From the NCBI RefSeq assembly GCF_009914755.1, contig NC_060927.1: a stretch of 64,000 bases of DNA, one strand, 5' to 3'. This stretch comes from the human T2T-CHM13v2.0 reference genome, Homo sapiens. Position 1 is the stretch's first letter, and each line of letters begins with the position of its first letter. Below the pieces are notes generated by a model, which saw only the letters and a program-made list of their open reading frames with translations, did not search any database and was not told where the DNA came from. The position numbers and the translations under genes were made by a program. Shown here one piece after another: positions 1 to 14,842 of this stretch.

Positions 1-2944
1 CTCATGAACGTTCTTTTTTTTTTCTGATTGTAGTAATCCCTTTAGCATTTCTTGTAGGACAGATTTGGTTTTGATGAAATCCTGCAGCTTTTTTTGTTTG
101 GGAAAGCCTTTATTTCTCCTTCATGTTTGAAGAATATTTCTGCCAGGTATACTATTCTAGGGGAAACATTTTTTTTTTCTTTCAGCACTTTAACTATATC
201 ATGCCACTGTCTTCTGGCCTATAAGTTTGCACTGAAAAGTTTGCTGCCAGACATATTGGAGCTCCATTGTATGATGTTTCTTTTCTCTTGCTGCATTTAG
301 GATCTTTTCTTTATCCTTGCCCTTTGGGAGTTTGATTATTAAATGCCTTGAGGTAATCTTCATTGGGTTAAATCTGCTTGGTGTTCTATAACCTCCTTGT
401 TCTTGGATATTAATATCTTTACCTTGGTTTGGGAAGTTCTCTGTTATTATTACTTTGAATAAACTTTCTACCCCTCTTTCTCCGTTTCCTCCTTAAGGCC
501 AATAACTTACATTTGCCTTTTTGAGTCTATTTTCTAGACCCTGTAGGTATGCTTCATTGCTTTTTATTCTTTTTTCTTTTGTCTCTTTGGATATGTATTT
601 TCAAATAGCCCGTCTTCAAACTCACTATTTTTTTTTTCTGCTGGACCAATTTTGCTCTTAAAAGACTCTGGTACATTCTTCAGTATGTCAATTGCATCTT
701 TCAGCTCCAGAATTTATGCTTGATTCTTCTTAATTACTTCAATTTCTTTGTTAAATTTATCTGACAGAATTCAGAATTCCTTCCCTGTGTTATCTTCAAT
801 TTCTTGGAGTTTTCTCAACAAAGGTATTTTGAATCCTCTGTCTGAAAGGTCACATATCTCTGTTTCTCCAGGATTGGTCTCTGGTGCCTTATTTAATACA
901 TTTGATGAGGTCATGTTTTACTGGACGATCTTGATACTCGTGGATGTTCACCTGTGTCTAGGCATTGACAACATAGGTATCTATTGTAGTTTTCACAGTC
1001 TAGGCTTGTTTGTACCCTTCCTTCTTGGGAAGGCTTTCCAGATATTCTAAAGGACTTGGATGTTGTGATCTAAGCTGTATGTGCATTAGGGGGCACCCCA
1101 GGCCAATAATGCCATGGTTCTTACAGACTAGAGGTACCACCTTGATGGTCACGTACAAGATCTGGGAGAATTCTCTGTATTACCTACCTAGCAGAGACTC
1201 TTGTTCTCTTTCCTTCCTTTCTCCCAAACAGAGTCTCTCTGAGCTGCCTGGAGCTGGGAACAGAGTGACGCAAGCACACCTGTGACCACCACTAGGACTG
1301 CACTGAGTCAGACCTGAAGACAGCACAGCACTGGGTTTCACCCAAGGCTTGTTGTAACCACTCCCTGGCTACTGCCTATGTCTGCTGAAAGCCCTGGGGC
1401 TCTATAATCATCAAGTGACAAAGCCAGCCACTTCTGTCTTCCTTTCCGGTCAGCAAGTTTCCCCAGGCCCTGGGCAGGTCCAGAGGTACCATCCATCCAG
1501 GAGCCAAAGACTACACTCAAAAACTTTAGAAATTTACCTGGTGTTCCATTGTACCAGGGCTAAGCTGGCACTCAAACCTCAAAATGCAGTCTTTCCCCTT
1601 TCTAAAGGCAGAGGAACTTCAACCCATGGCCACTGCCATCACAGGTCCACAGGCTACTGCCAGGCTACCACCAATGTTCCCTTAAGGGCCAGGGGCTCCT
1701 CAGTCAGCTTGTGGTGAATGCTGCATGGCCTGGGACTCACCCTTCAGAGAAATGGGCTCCGCTCTGGCCTAGGACAGGTCCAGAAATGCCTTTCAAGAGC
1801 CAAAGCCTAGAATCAGAGACCCAAGAGCCTCTTGGTGCTCTACCACCCTGTGGCCAACCTGGTACGTAAGATGAAAGAAAAAGTCTCCTTTACATTTCCC
1901 TCCACTTTTCTCAAGCAGAAGGAGTCTCTCCCCATAGTCACCACAGCTGGGAATGTGCTGAGTCTCACCTGAAGACAGCAAGTCTCAGAGTCCCCCCAAG
2001 GCCCACAGCACACTACCTGGGTATCACTATTGGTTTTTCAGGGCCCAAGGTCTCTTCAGTTATCCAGTGATCAAATCGGCCAGGACTGAGTCCTTCCCTT
2101 CAAGGCAGCAGGTTCTCTTCTGCTTCAGGGTATGTCTAGAAATATTGTCCATGAGTTAGGGCCTTGAAAGTGGGCTTCATGACTCTAACCAGTACCCTGT
2201 CCTGCTATGGCTGAGCTGATATCTGAGATGCAAAACAAAGTCCTCCTCACTCTTCCCTCTCCTGTTCTCAAGTAGAAAGAATGGGTCTCTTTTAGTACCA
2301 TGAGCTGTGTGCCAGGGGAGGTGTGGCACCAAGCACTCCCCTAGACATCCCAGCTGGTAGATGGGGATCTCAGTAGATTATATACCCCCCAAGTCCCCTG
2401 GCTCTGAGCCCAGGTCAGCACTAAGACTCACCTAGGAATGGCAGTCGTTGTGGCCCACACTGTCATTTAAGCTTATTTAGAGCCCCATAGCACTTTAGCC
2501 TGCAGTGGCAGGACTTGCAAGAACTCAAGTTCCAACTGCTAGGATGGGTGATTCCCCTCTGGCTAGGGCTGACTTAAATACCCCCTCCATGGGCAGGCAT
2601 CAGCTGAGTTCATTCCAGTTTTGCTTTCTATTATAACAGGGCAGCACTAAATTCAATGCAATGTCTCACAATTACTTCCCTCTCTCTCCCTGAAGCACTC
2701 AAATTCTCTCTCTGCACCAAATATCACTGCTGAGAGGTGAGAGAGGGGTGGCATCAGTGATTCAAGACTGTTTTTCCTACCTCTTCAGTGCCTCTTTTCA
2801 GTAATATGTAGTTAAAACAATGTACTGTGAGTGCACACCTGATTTTTGGTTCTTATGAAGATGCTTTTATGCGTGTAGATAGTTATTAAATTGGTGTTCT
2901 TGCAGGGGGGGACGATCGGTGGAGTCTTTTATTCTGCCATCTTG
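1..2944 (-). mobile_element. Old L1 (L1MA/L1PB-era): 5'UTR plus degenerate ORF1, running off the left edge of the window
   Basis: The reverse complement of ~2900-2944 reads CAAGATGGCAGAATAAAAGACTCCACCGATCGTCCCCCC, a typical L1 5' terminus. There is a GC-richer 5'UTR with internal repeats at ~1100-2900 and T-rich antisense ORF1-like sequence at 1-1050. Confidence 0.85.
2936..2944 (-). promoter_or_regulatory. YY1 motif (CAAGATGGC) at the L1 5' end
   Basis: GCCATCTTG on the + strand, at the conserved position of the L1 promoter YY1 site. Activity unknown. Confidence 0.55.
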
Positions 2945-3306
2945 TTATGCCTCCTCCCAAGTTACACCTTCTAAAAAACAACCTCCAACAGGGCTTTGTG
3001 AGAAACTAAGATGATAAGACATGAAAGTGTATTGAAAATTGTAAAAATTAATTCTAGGGACAAAATAACATAGACTTAATTTTCTCTGTTCCTCCCCTCT
3101 AAATACATCTAAATACTCTGAAAATAATTTAACAGCCAATCATAAAAAGACTCTGACATGTGGAAAGGATACATTAAACTATAAAAGATGCTCGAGACTT
3201 GAGGAGTAACACCACAGTGAATTTCCTGGATTTTTTTTCTTTATATCTCATATATCTTAGACTGTGGACCAGAGAGGGCTGCAATCTGGAACTGCCAAAA
3301 GACATA

Positions 3307-3389
3307 GAAAAAGAAAAGAAAAGAAATGAAAACAAAAGAAAAGAAAATGAAAGAGGAAAGGAAGAAAGAAAGAGAAAGAAAGAAGCAAA
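3307..3389 (+). repeat. A/G-rich (GAAA/GAAAA)n low-complexity tract
   Basis: Directly visible purine-rich tract. It accounts for the K/E/R-rich ORF 3199..3432. Confidence 0.85.
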
Positions 3390-3708
3390 GCTTGCTCTCT
3401 CTGGGAAAAGGACTATGAAAGGAAAAGCCTAACTTTCCTTCCATGGAGGCACCAGCAGAGATAGAATATGACAGCCACTGGCACTAGGTACGTGGAGAAT
3501 AGGTCAAGGGAGATGCTCTCCAATCGTCCCCCTCACAATGGCCCATGGAAGAACCCTCCATCCTCAAAGCAAACCAGCAAATATTTAGTGGGCATTCAAA
3601 CAGAGCCAGAAGAGCCAAGCCAACCAGATTAGCACTGCAAGGAATTCAAAAACTAAGTTCTTACTGGGATATAACCCAGAAAAGTAGGTCACAACCTATA
3701 TGCTGAAC

Positions 3709-4199
3709 TGTCGAGTCCAGCTCAGTCAGGGAGGCCCTAACCCAGCAGCACTAAAGGAATTAAAGACACACACACAGAAATATAGAGGTGTAAAGTGGGA
3801 AATCAGGGGTCTCACAGCCTTCAGAGCTGAGAGCCCTGAACAGAGATTTACCCACATATTTATTAACAGCAAACCAGTCATTAGCATTGTTTCTATAGAT
3901 ATTAAATTAACTAAAAGTATCCCTTAAAGGAAACGAAGGGATGGGCCAAATTAATTGCAGCAGGAACACGCCCTTAAGACACAGATTGCTCATGCTTTTG
4001 TTTGTGGCTTAAGAATGCCTTTAAGCAGTTTTCCACCCTGGGTGGGCCAGGAGTTCCTTGCCCTCATTCCCATAAATCCACAACCTTCCAGCTTGGGCGT
4101 TATGGCCATTATGGACATGTTACATTGCTGCAGAGATTTTATTTATGGCCAGTTTTGGGGCCAGTTTATGGCCAGATTTTGGGGGGCTTGCTCCCAACA
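3709..4199 (-). mobile_element. MER9 solo LTR (HERV-K9/HML-3)
   Basis: TG...CA termini and a perfect 6-bp TSD CTGAAC (3703-3708, 4200-4205). The reverse complement begins TGTTGGGAGCAAGCCCCCCAAAATCTGGCCATAAACTGGCCCCAAAACTGGCCATAAA, as in MER9. Confidence 0.9.
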
Positions 4200-6039
4200 C
4201 TGAACCTAAACAGAAACCTCCTATTAAAATAAAATATTTAAATAGGATCAAAATGTCCTAACTTAATATTTAAAATATCCAAGATACAGTAAAAAAATCA
4301 CTCAGTATACCAACAACCAAGAAAAGTGAAGCCTGAATGAGAAAAGACTATGAGCTGATGGCAATACTGAGATGAATCAAATGTTGAAAGAATCTGATGA
4401 ACACTTTAAAGAAATGATTTTCAACTAGTAATTAAAATTTCCCGAGAGAAATGAAAAAAAAGATAAAACATCAGCAAAAACTAGGAATTACAAAAAAAGA
4501 ACCAAACAGGAATGTAAAACTAAAAAATACACTAACCAAAACAGAAAACTCATTAGATAGGCTCAATAGCAAAGTGAAGTTAAAAGAAGATAGAATCAAG
4601 AAATTTGAGGACAGAACAATGGAATTCACTAAATCTGAATAACAAAGAGAAAACAGAAACACATAATTTCCCACCACAATTACCATCCCCAAAATGAACA
4701 GTGCCTCAGAAAACTGGCACAATAAGAAAAGAGATATTATTGGAGTTTCAGAAAGAGAGGACAAAGAATTTGGGGCTGGAAAGGTATTCAAAGAAATAAT
4801 GGCTGAAACTTCCCAAATTTGTGGAATAAATAAGATTACAGAGTCAAAACCTGAGCAAACACAAATAGGGTAAACACAAAGGAATCCACACCAAAACACC
4901 TTATAATTGAACTTCTGAAAAATAAAGAAAAAAATATTTAAATCCACCAGGAACAGAAAAAATCAAATGAACAGATTTCTCATCTGAAACTATAGAGGCT
5001 AGAAGGAATTAGCATAACATTTTCATGTGCTGAAAGAATTGTCATATGTAAATTCTATATCTGGAAAAAATAGCTTTCAGAAATAAATGAAAAATAAAGG
5101 CATTTTCAGATGAAGGAAAACTAAGGAATTTGTTGCAAATAGACATACCTTTAAAGAATATCTAAAAGAAACTCTCCAAACAGGAAGGAAATCATAGCAG
5201 AAGGAGGCAAAGAACTTCAGAAAGGAAAGAATAATGGAGTGGTAAAATCAGGGGTAAATATAATACACTACTGTTCTCTTGATGAGTCTCCTAAATCATA
5301 TTTGATGATAGAAATAAAAATTAAAATAACATCTGTTGTGTCACTCAATGTATGCAGAGAAAATACTTGAAACAACTCTCTTTTTCAAGTTTGGAATTTA
5401 AAGGGACCTAAAGGGCAGTTTGATGCTCCACTTGAAGTGGTTAAAGGATGATACCAGAGATTGTCATAACTCACATTTGTCTATTGTTATACTCAGGAAA
5501 TTATAGAAAACTATATAAAGCAATACACTCAAATAAATCAAGATCAAAGCCTAAAAACTGCTCAAAAATGCACTTGAACGAAACATATGATAAACAGAAG
5601 AAAGAGAAACAGAAGAAATGGACAGAAAACAAATCATAAAATGTCAGTAATGCAAATTTAATGCAAATGTGCTTCTAGAATGCAATTGTTTATGAAACAG
5701 AACCTGAAATGTGGGCAACTGCTTTAGGAACATATCAATGTCTTAATTTGCATTTTGCTTCAATTTTGCTCTATGATTTAAATGATTTTTGGTGACTTAC
5801 AAGTGTTGTTTATTATGGTAAGAACATTCCCTTATTTAGACATGAGTGAGAGCTTTTTGATGGAAAATGTCATAACAAAATTTAATTTATTTCCAAATAT
5901 ATAGAAACAAATGATGGCTTTCAGGTTTCAGGGTTCTTATAGATGGATATAGGACTACATACTTCAGTTATTTTAGTCTTAATCCCATGAAGAAGTACAA
6001 TGATGCAGAAGAAAATGTGATAAAACAGTTAATTGAGAT

Positions 6040-6720
6040 TAAAACAATGGGATTTTTATTTTTACCCAATGAATTAGCAAACACTTAAAACGCTGATAAT
6101 ACCAGTGTCTACGTGAGTTGGGGAAACATTACTCTCTTCCACTGTTAGTACAGTTATCCCATAGGGGAATTTATTAGTATCTATTAAAATTTCAAACATG
6201 CAGGTCCTATAACCCAACATATCTACTGCTCACCTATCCTAGAATAACAAGTGTTTACAGTGTTCACATATGTACATCGAAGATTTATAAAAACAAACAT
6301 TTTGAGACAACCTAAATGTTCATGAATAGGATGGTGACTAAATATTGATATATCTGAACTACAGGATAATATATAATAGGTTTTAAAAATGATGAAGACC
6401 TATAAACACTAATATGGAAAGGTATCGGAGTGAATAAAACAAATTGCAAGACAAAATATAGTTAAGATACTATTTATATTTTTAAAACACAAAAAAATTA
6501 TATATTTCTTTATAGATATATGTAGATAGTTTTATAGAAAGAGGTCTGTCATGATACATCCCAAACTGAGATGCTTAGTAACTCTAGGGATGGATAAAGA
6601 AACCAAGATTAAAGATGGCAGCCAAAGATAGATTTTTTTTTTTTTGCCTTATTGCTAATAATTTAATTTATGCTAGAAGATTACACTAATATATAGTTTG
6701 TATATTTAAAAAATGTGTTC
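6040..6720 (+). mobile_element. Ancient L1ME-like ORF2 C-terminus/3'UTR fragment
   Basis: Degenerate L1 3' motifs: 'ctgataataccagtgt', 'gacaacctaaatgttcatgaatagga', 'aaaaatgatgaagacctat'. Confidence 0.6.
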
Positions 6721-7090
6721 AGGTACAAAACACATGGTTTTTAAATGTATTCAAATAATACAAATTTTAAAGAGCTGCAAACAATCTTTAAAATCTCAAA
6801 TATGAGTTGCCTGTATAAATCTGACTTTGAGTATTTTTAAATTCCTCTCTTTGTTTTCAGGACACAAACTTCTTGACAGCAGACTACTAGGACACTGCTG
6901 GCAGGGACTAGGTCATTTTCAGGAAGGCCCTGCTATGCCTGTAGGGGTTGCCATAGGCACAGTTCATGAGGCTAACCTAGAAAAGTGTTATTAGGAAACA
7001 ATACATCTTTGCCGAAGGATTTGTTTGGAAGGAGAGAAGACAGAAAATAGTGCACTGAGTCAAAGGTTAGAAGAGCAGGTAAACTGAAAG

Positions 7091-8195
<1,105 letters not shown>

Positions 8196-9363
8196 AAGAA
8201 TGAACTGAAAGTGACAGGTTGCCAGAGAGGTGGAACCACATGGAATAGAGCAGAGAAAGAAGGAGATAAAGATACAGACTACAGCCTATTCAGAGTGACT
8301 TACAAATGCACCGTTCTGGATAGGATGCCGTGGGGCAGCCTCTCAGCACACATATCAGCTAGGCTAATTATATGTTAATTGTAGTTATTTATCCTGGTTT
8401 TATAATATAATTTCTCCGGAAGTTGTTAGAATTTTTATTCTAACTTTAATGTTCTGAAATTTCATATACATATGGAATAAATTGCTTTGGATTTTTATTT
8501 GTTTTATTTTCCATTTGATTTAATTTGGTTTTGTAAATCCTGCTCAACACTGAGTAGGGTCTTTTTTCTAATCTCCTAACTTTATTTCTCTATAAAGGAA
8601 TATTCTCTGTTATCTCTTAAAATATTGGCAGCTCCGTATTACGACTAATCTTTTGAAACTCTATTTAGATGATTTTTGGGAACTTCTGGGTCTGTTCTCC
8701 AATTCTCTTCCCTTTTATTATTTCTCTGTCTTTAGTTTCAGCTTTATAATTAATTCTACTGCCACATACATTTTGCACTTTGGCCTATAAATTTCACAAT
8801 TTGCGTTTTTTTATTTTTATAGTTCTAGTTGGTTCTTCTTTATATCCACCTAGTCATGTTATGGAATAAAATACCATGGCTCCAAAGACAAAAAAGACTG
8901 TCTCTTTTATTCTTTGCGTAACTTACCAGCTCCAACTGTGGCCTGAACTTCTGCTATTTATCATTGAGAAGTGAGAAGATATAGAATTAGCCCCACTGAC
9001 TGAACACTAGTTTCCTGTAATGCTCTTCATTGCTCTCCGGCATTCATTACCAGATAACCAAGGCATGTCCCGGAGTATCTAATGTAAACTCACATATTCA
9101 CTATTCATCCTGGGGCGAGGTCCATAGATTTCTGCTGCCTGTCCAAAGAAGCATAGGTTGAACTATCAAATTGCTTCAATGATCCAGGGAATTAATTGCT
9201 CTTAAACCTCCTCCTACTTTTCTATACTGCAGAAATATCACATCTAAAGTAACAATATTTCTTGATCTTTTGTGCTGCAATTATCCTCTTCAGCTTCTAC
9301 TTCCTAATGACTGCTCAGTTTCTATTTACCAATAATTGCTCATAATTGCCATAATTCTCTTGC

Positions 9364-9680
9364 TTTTTTAATTTTTTAATTTTTTATTTTTTTGAGACAA
9401 AGTCTTACTCTGTCGCCCAAGCTGTAGTGTAGTGGCGCGATCTCAGTTCACTGCAACTTCCACCTCCCGGGTTCAAGCGATTCTACTGCCTCAACCTCCT
9501 GAGTAGCTGGGACTACAGGCATGCACCACCACGCCTGGCTCATTTTTTTTTTATGTATTTTTAGTAGAGACGGGGTTTCACTGTGTTGGCCAGGCTGGTC
9601 TTCAACAGCTGATCTCGTGATCCGCCCGCCTCAGCCTCCCAAAGCGCTGGGATTACAGGCGTGAGCCACCATGCCCAGCC
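9364..9680 (-). mobile_element. AluS (Sg/Sc-like), full length
   Basis: T-rich tail followed by an antisense Alu dimer. Has the short 'ctcgtgatcc' variant. Confidence 0.93.
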
Positions 9681-9889
9681 GCCTTTTTTTTGTTTGTTTT
9701 TCGTTTTAAAGAGTGTGACTTTTAGGGATCGAGTACGATGGAGCTGCCAGGTGTGGTTATTTTGCCACCTTGAAACGAGAATGTATCATCTTATCTCTAT
9801 TGATTGCCAGAGTTCAAGAACTAGAGCAACAGGGGTCTCAGCTTTTAGCAGCGATGGCTTTTCTAGGGAATTTATTTAAAGCACTTAAA

Positions 9890-10900
9890 ATGATGCAGTG
9901 TAGTATGCACAAAAATTTCAAATAATTATAACTTTTGACTCAGCAAATCCACTTCTGGGAATTTGACCAATATTGTTAATGATACCATTCAGTTAAGATG
10001 TTTAGTTAAGGACATTTATTGCAATATTATTTAAAATAGCAAAGTATTAGAAGCCATCTGGATGTTCTTTAAAATGGTTAAATGCATTTTGGTCTATTTT
10101 TACTATAAAATATTATGCAACTATTATAAAGAATGAAGAAAACATGTGCATTGTCTTCTAGGTCTGACAAAAATGTATCGTTCGGTAAAAATATCAAGTT
10201 ATTGAGTAAGTTCAGTTATAACTGCCCCACAACCTGCAGCAAGCAGCCCAGGTAACCAACTCGTTATTTAGCTATAGACAGTGAGGCTGCTAGCTCTTTC
10301 AGACTTAAAGAAGTCAAAATGCAATTTCTAGTTAGTAGTTACTAGTCCAGAAAGTTAACAATAAGCGCTGCAACAATAGGCTCAAAGCAGCCACGAGTTG
10401 ACTAATAATTAACAATTATCCTCGTTTTTGTCCTCACTGCCAAATTAGGACTACTCAGAGAAAGCCAAATATGCAGCCCTAATTAATCATATAGAATACC
10501 CTGCTTCTCATTAGTTTGCCTACAGTTTGCGCATGCCAACAGCCTCCGATAAAGGCACACTGGAAACCCTCCTTTTATTCTTCTTCCATTATAAAGCTTG
10601 CCCACACCTCTGAAAGCTTGCCCACTCCTCTGCCTGGCTTGGAGTTTGCCAAAACATAAAGGATTGTGGCTGACACCCTTGCCATCACAAGTTCTGAATA
10701 AATAGTATTTCCTTATTCTAATTTGGTTGGTCTTCATTTATTTCCCGTTCTGTAAAGAACAATATTGTTTGTAAAAACAAATAGTACGTACACAATTGCA
10801 TATGTTTAAATAAACAACATAAAAAGGCCACACGTGATTTTGTTAAGAATGTATGCATTAGGGATATGGGACAGCATGTATTTTATTATTTAAATGACTA
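9890..10900 (+). mobile_element. Ancient L1ME-like 3' fragment split by an ERV1 LTR
   Basis: 'cttttgactcagcaaatccacttctgggaattt', 'ggacatttattgcaatattattt', 'aaaatattatgcaactattataaagaatga'. L1-like sequence resumes after ~10750. Confidence 0.55.
10215..10747 (+). mobile_element. ERV1-class solo LTR fragment (MER89-like, tentative)
   Basis: LTR-type blocks 'cccacaacctgcagcaa', 'gagaaagccaaatatgca', 'gtggctgacacccttgc', plus AATAAA near the 3' end and the terminus 'ttggttggtcttcatttatttccc'. Confidence 0.65.
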
Positions 10901-10959
10901 AAATAAAAAAGATAACATGATACATTCATCTACGCATTCATATAGTTTATTTCACATAG

Positions 10960-11277
<318 letters not shown>

Positions 11278-13327
11278 AATACTACAGATATTTATAAAGA
11301 TATTTGTTATATTGGGTGCTCCATGTGGCTATTTTAGGAGTCATCCAACAATGGCTCTTCTATGTGAATGCCAGTTCAAAACTAAGAGTCCTTAATAGGA
11401 CTAGGAAATAATTTATTTTTGAACTAAAAATATTTAGCTTACTGAGAAAAAAAATTAAATGCCTTCCTGCTGTTCTTTTCAATATTCGCTGTGTGTTTTA
11501 TTCTCAAGTTAGACTTAGACACACTCTAAAATATATTCTAGTTTTATCTTAAGTATTGCTATATCCAAAGGAACAAATAATGTTTCTTATCATCCCCTTC
11601 CTGCTGGACTTCCTAATGCATTTGATTCCCAGCTATTAACCCTGGAGACCTGCGTTCACAGTCACTTTGTGCTTAAGACCTTATAGGTTTAGTCATGTAT
11701 AGACATTCTTACAAAGATTATTACTTTTTTTGTACTGAACAATGTTTGCCAATATTCCCATGACTTGCAGCTAAAAGATGACTAGAAGATCAACCAGTCA
11801 AACCACTGGAGATTTCAACTATTCTCTGGAAATACTCTTTGCTTATGGGCGGGGGAAACCACCTTGGGAATATGAACTTTTAACAGTATCTTGTAGTCTT
11901 TTCTTGGGAGAAAAAAAAGACCTATAGTTTAGTCGACCATTGAGCCTTAAATCACTTCAAAGTATTTTTCGATAGCTTTTGATAAAAGGGTGTTGTTATA
12001 ACAAATTACAGTCAATTAAAATAGACAGTTTTTGGTGAATTACTCAGGGAAACTCGTAAGTTCAGCACTTTGCCAAATCATTTGCTAGCTACATGGGTAA
12101 CAAAAAATGCTTAGTGTTGAGATAATAAAATATGAGAAAATTGTTTCATTTTCACTCAAAACTGTATTTTTTTTTCCTCTTGGGAGTCTTTTAAACTAAG
12201 AATTATAACTTCTATAGATGAAATAAAACCAGTTCTATAAGGGGTTGTGAACCATCTTATCTCAAAGGTATACTTAAGGTTTTCTAATCATTTTAGGTAG
12301 AGAAACTATCAATAATATATAAATAAATTTTTGATGGATAAGTAGAACTCCACATTCTACTTATCCCTATAGAGATACAAGGTTTTAACTCCTCCTACAA
12401 GAATCTGGAAAACTCACTCAGCCACAGAATTCTGGTACTATTTAACCAGAATTTTAGTATTAAAATTATTTTATTAAAAAGAAAAACTGTGATGAAAAGA
12501 TCCATATCAAATCCCACCATAACTCTTTGCAGTGACTTTGTTGGATCCCAACCACCAGAAACAAGTATTTTACGTTCACATTTTCTTCTTCCTTTCCTTT
12601 TCTTTCTTCCCTTTTCTTTCTTTCTTATTTTTAGGACAGACTGTTTGGATTGGCTTCCATTTATGAGGATGGGAGGAATAGAAAAAGTTCCTGTCTGTAA
12701 TGAAGGTGTTGCACAGATTCTGAATTTATCTTGTATTTGATTCTGTTCCAATTTAATCTATGCATTCCTATGTCATTTATTGCCATGGTAACTGGATACT
12801 CATCTAAAATCACATCAAAATTGAGTGGGAAAAGAGGAAATACTTAACTGAATATAAATTCTTAACATGATAAGAAACACTCTAATATTAAATGAATATT
12901 TAAGCAAACATCCATATATGGTTATTGGCTCCCTATTCCAATAACGTAAACATTGCCTCAGTTTTTTTTTACATAACATTATTTTCTTCTGATTTTAAAG
13001 TAACATGTAACTTTTAAAAAAAACTTATAAAAAAACTTGGAAAATACAGAATGCATAGGAAGAAAAAGCACCAATATTTCCCATGCGCAAGTGTAACTCT
13101 TGCCAAGATTTTGAGGCGTTTCCTTCCAGCTTTGATAAATGTATTTATTGATTTAGATTTATTTATTTGATGTGAAGAGCATTCTGAAGGGATGACAAAG
13201 AAGAAGATGTGATGAAAATATGGTTGACAAGAAAGAAAAGAGAGTAAAACAGAATAAGGTTTGTATTTACTTATTTCATTGGGGAAAGATTCTAAGAGGA
13301 TATATCAGAACTATTGACTGCAGCTAA

Positions 13328-13690
<363 letters not shown>

Positions 13691-13703
13691 TGAGAATTAA
13701 TTT

Positions 13704-14050
<347 letters not shown>

Positions 14051-14474
14051 TCATGTGATTACTCAATGATGTTCTCATCAAGGACATTTATATATTACCA
14101 TGCCAACATCCTTAATGGGCTGACTTCTCACCCCATGCTGCCAAGGTGACTTCTGAAGCCCATGACTTACTACTTGGCTTAAGGCAATAAGACGCAAGAA
14201 ACAACACGGGCCAGTGGCATCTGTTAGTTTTATCAGGAAATCAGAAGTTTTCCTTAAAGCTTTCCCAACAGGTTTCTCCTTTCATTTTGCTAAATCAAGT
14301 TAAATTTACACTTATATCTTTATTAGACATCAATCACTGCTAATCAATGCTGTCTTCCCTACCAAAATGAAGGTTATGAAAATGAGTATTAACTTCAGGG
14401 ATTTACTGTTAATGTTGTTGTTTTCAGTGTGTCTGGGGAAAATAAGCAAGGGAGCAAATGATTTGGAATTCTAT

Positions 14475-14842
14475 CACCTTGCTAGGGCTACTGTAACAAA
14501 GTACCACAGTTCTGCATTGTAGTCCAAAATCAAGGTGTGGACAGGGTTAGTTCCTCCTGAGGGCTGCGAGGGAAGGATGTGTTTCACGCCTCTCTCCTCC
14601 GCTTGTAGATAGCCATATTTTCTCCATGTCTCTTAACATCATCTTTGTTCCATGCTTATCTCTGTGTCCAAATTTCCCCCTTTCATAAAGAAAACAGTCA
14701 AATGGACCAGGGTCCTCTGTAATGACATCATTTAACTTTATTACCTCTGCAAATCAAGTAATAAATGAGGTCACATGATGAGGTACCAGGGGTTAGAACA
14801 TCAACAAATGAATTTTTCTCGGGGCATAATTCAACCCATAAT
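14475..14842 (-). mobile_element. MLT1 (MLT1B/C-like) MaLR solo LTR
   Basis: 'gctagggctactgtaacaaagtaccaca', 'tccaaaatcaaggtgt', 'cataattcaacccataa' match antisense MLT1. Confidence 0.75.

Larger units (their letters stand above)
3080..5640 (+). mobile_element. Ancient L1M (L1MD/L1M4-like) 5'UTR-ORF1 fragment, interrupted by a MER9 LTR
   Basis: ORF 4451..4642 (KLKNTLTKTENSLDRLNSKV...EDRTMEFTKSE) is an ORF1p coiled-coil remnant. Further ORF1-like segments include 'ttcaaagaaataatggctgaaacttcccaaattt', 'gatttctcatctgaaactatagaggctagaagg' and 'cattttcagatgaaggaaaactaaggaatttgttgc'. Confidence 0.8.

Noticed and set aside
4471-4947. 158-aa hydrophobic ORF resembling a membrane protein
   Set aside because: It is antisense to A-rich L1 ORF1; T-rich codons produce the F/L/S/V bias.
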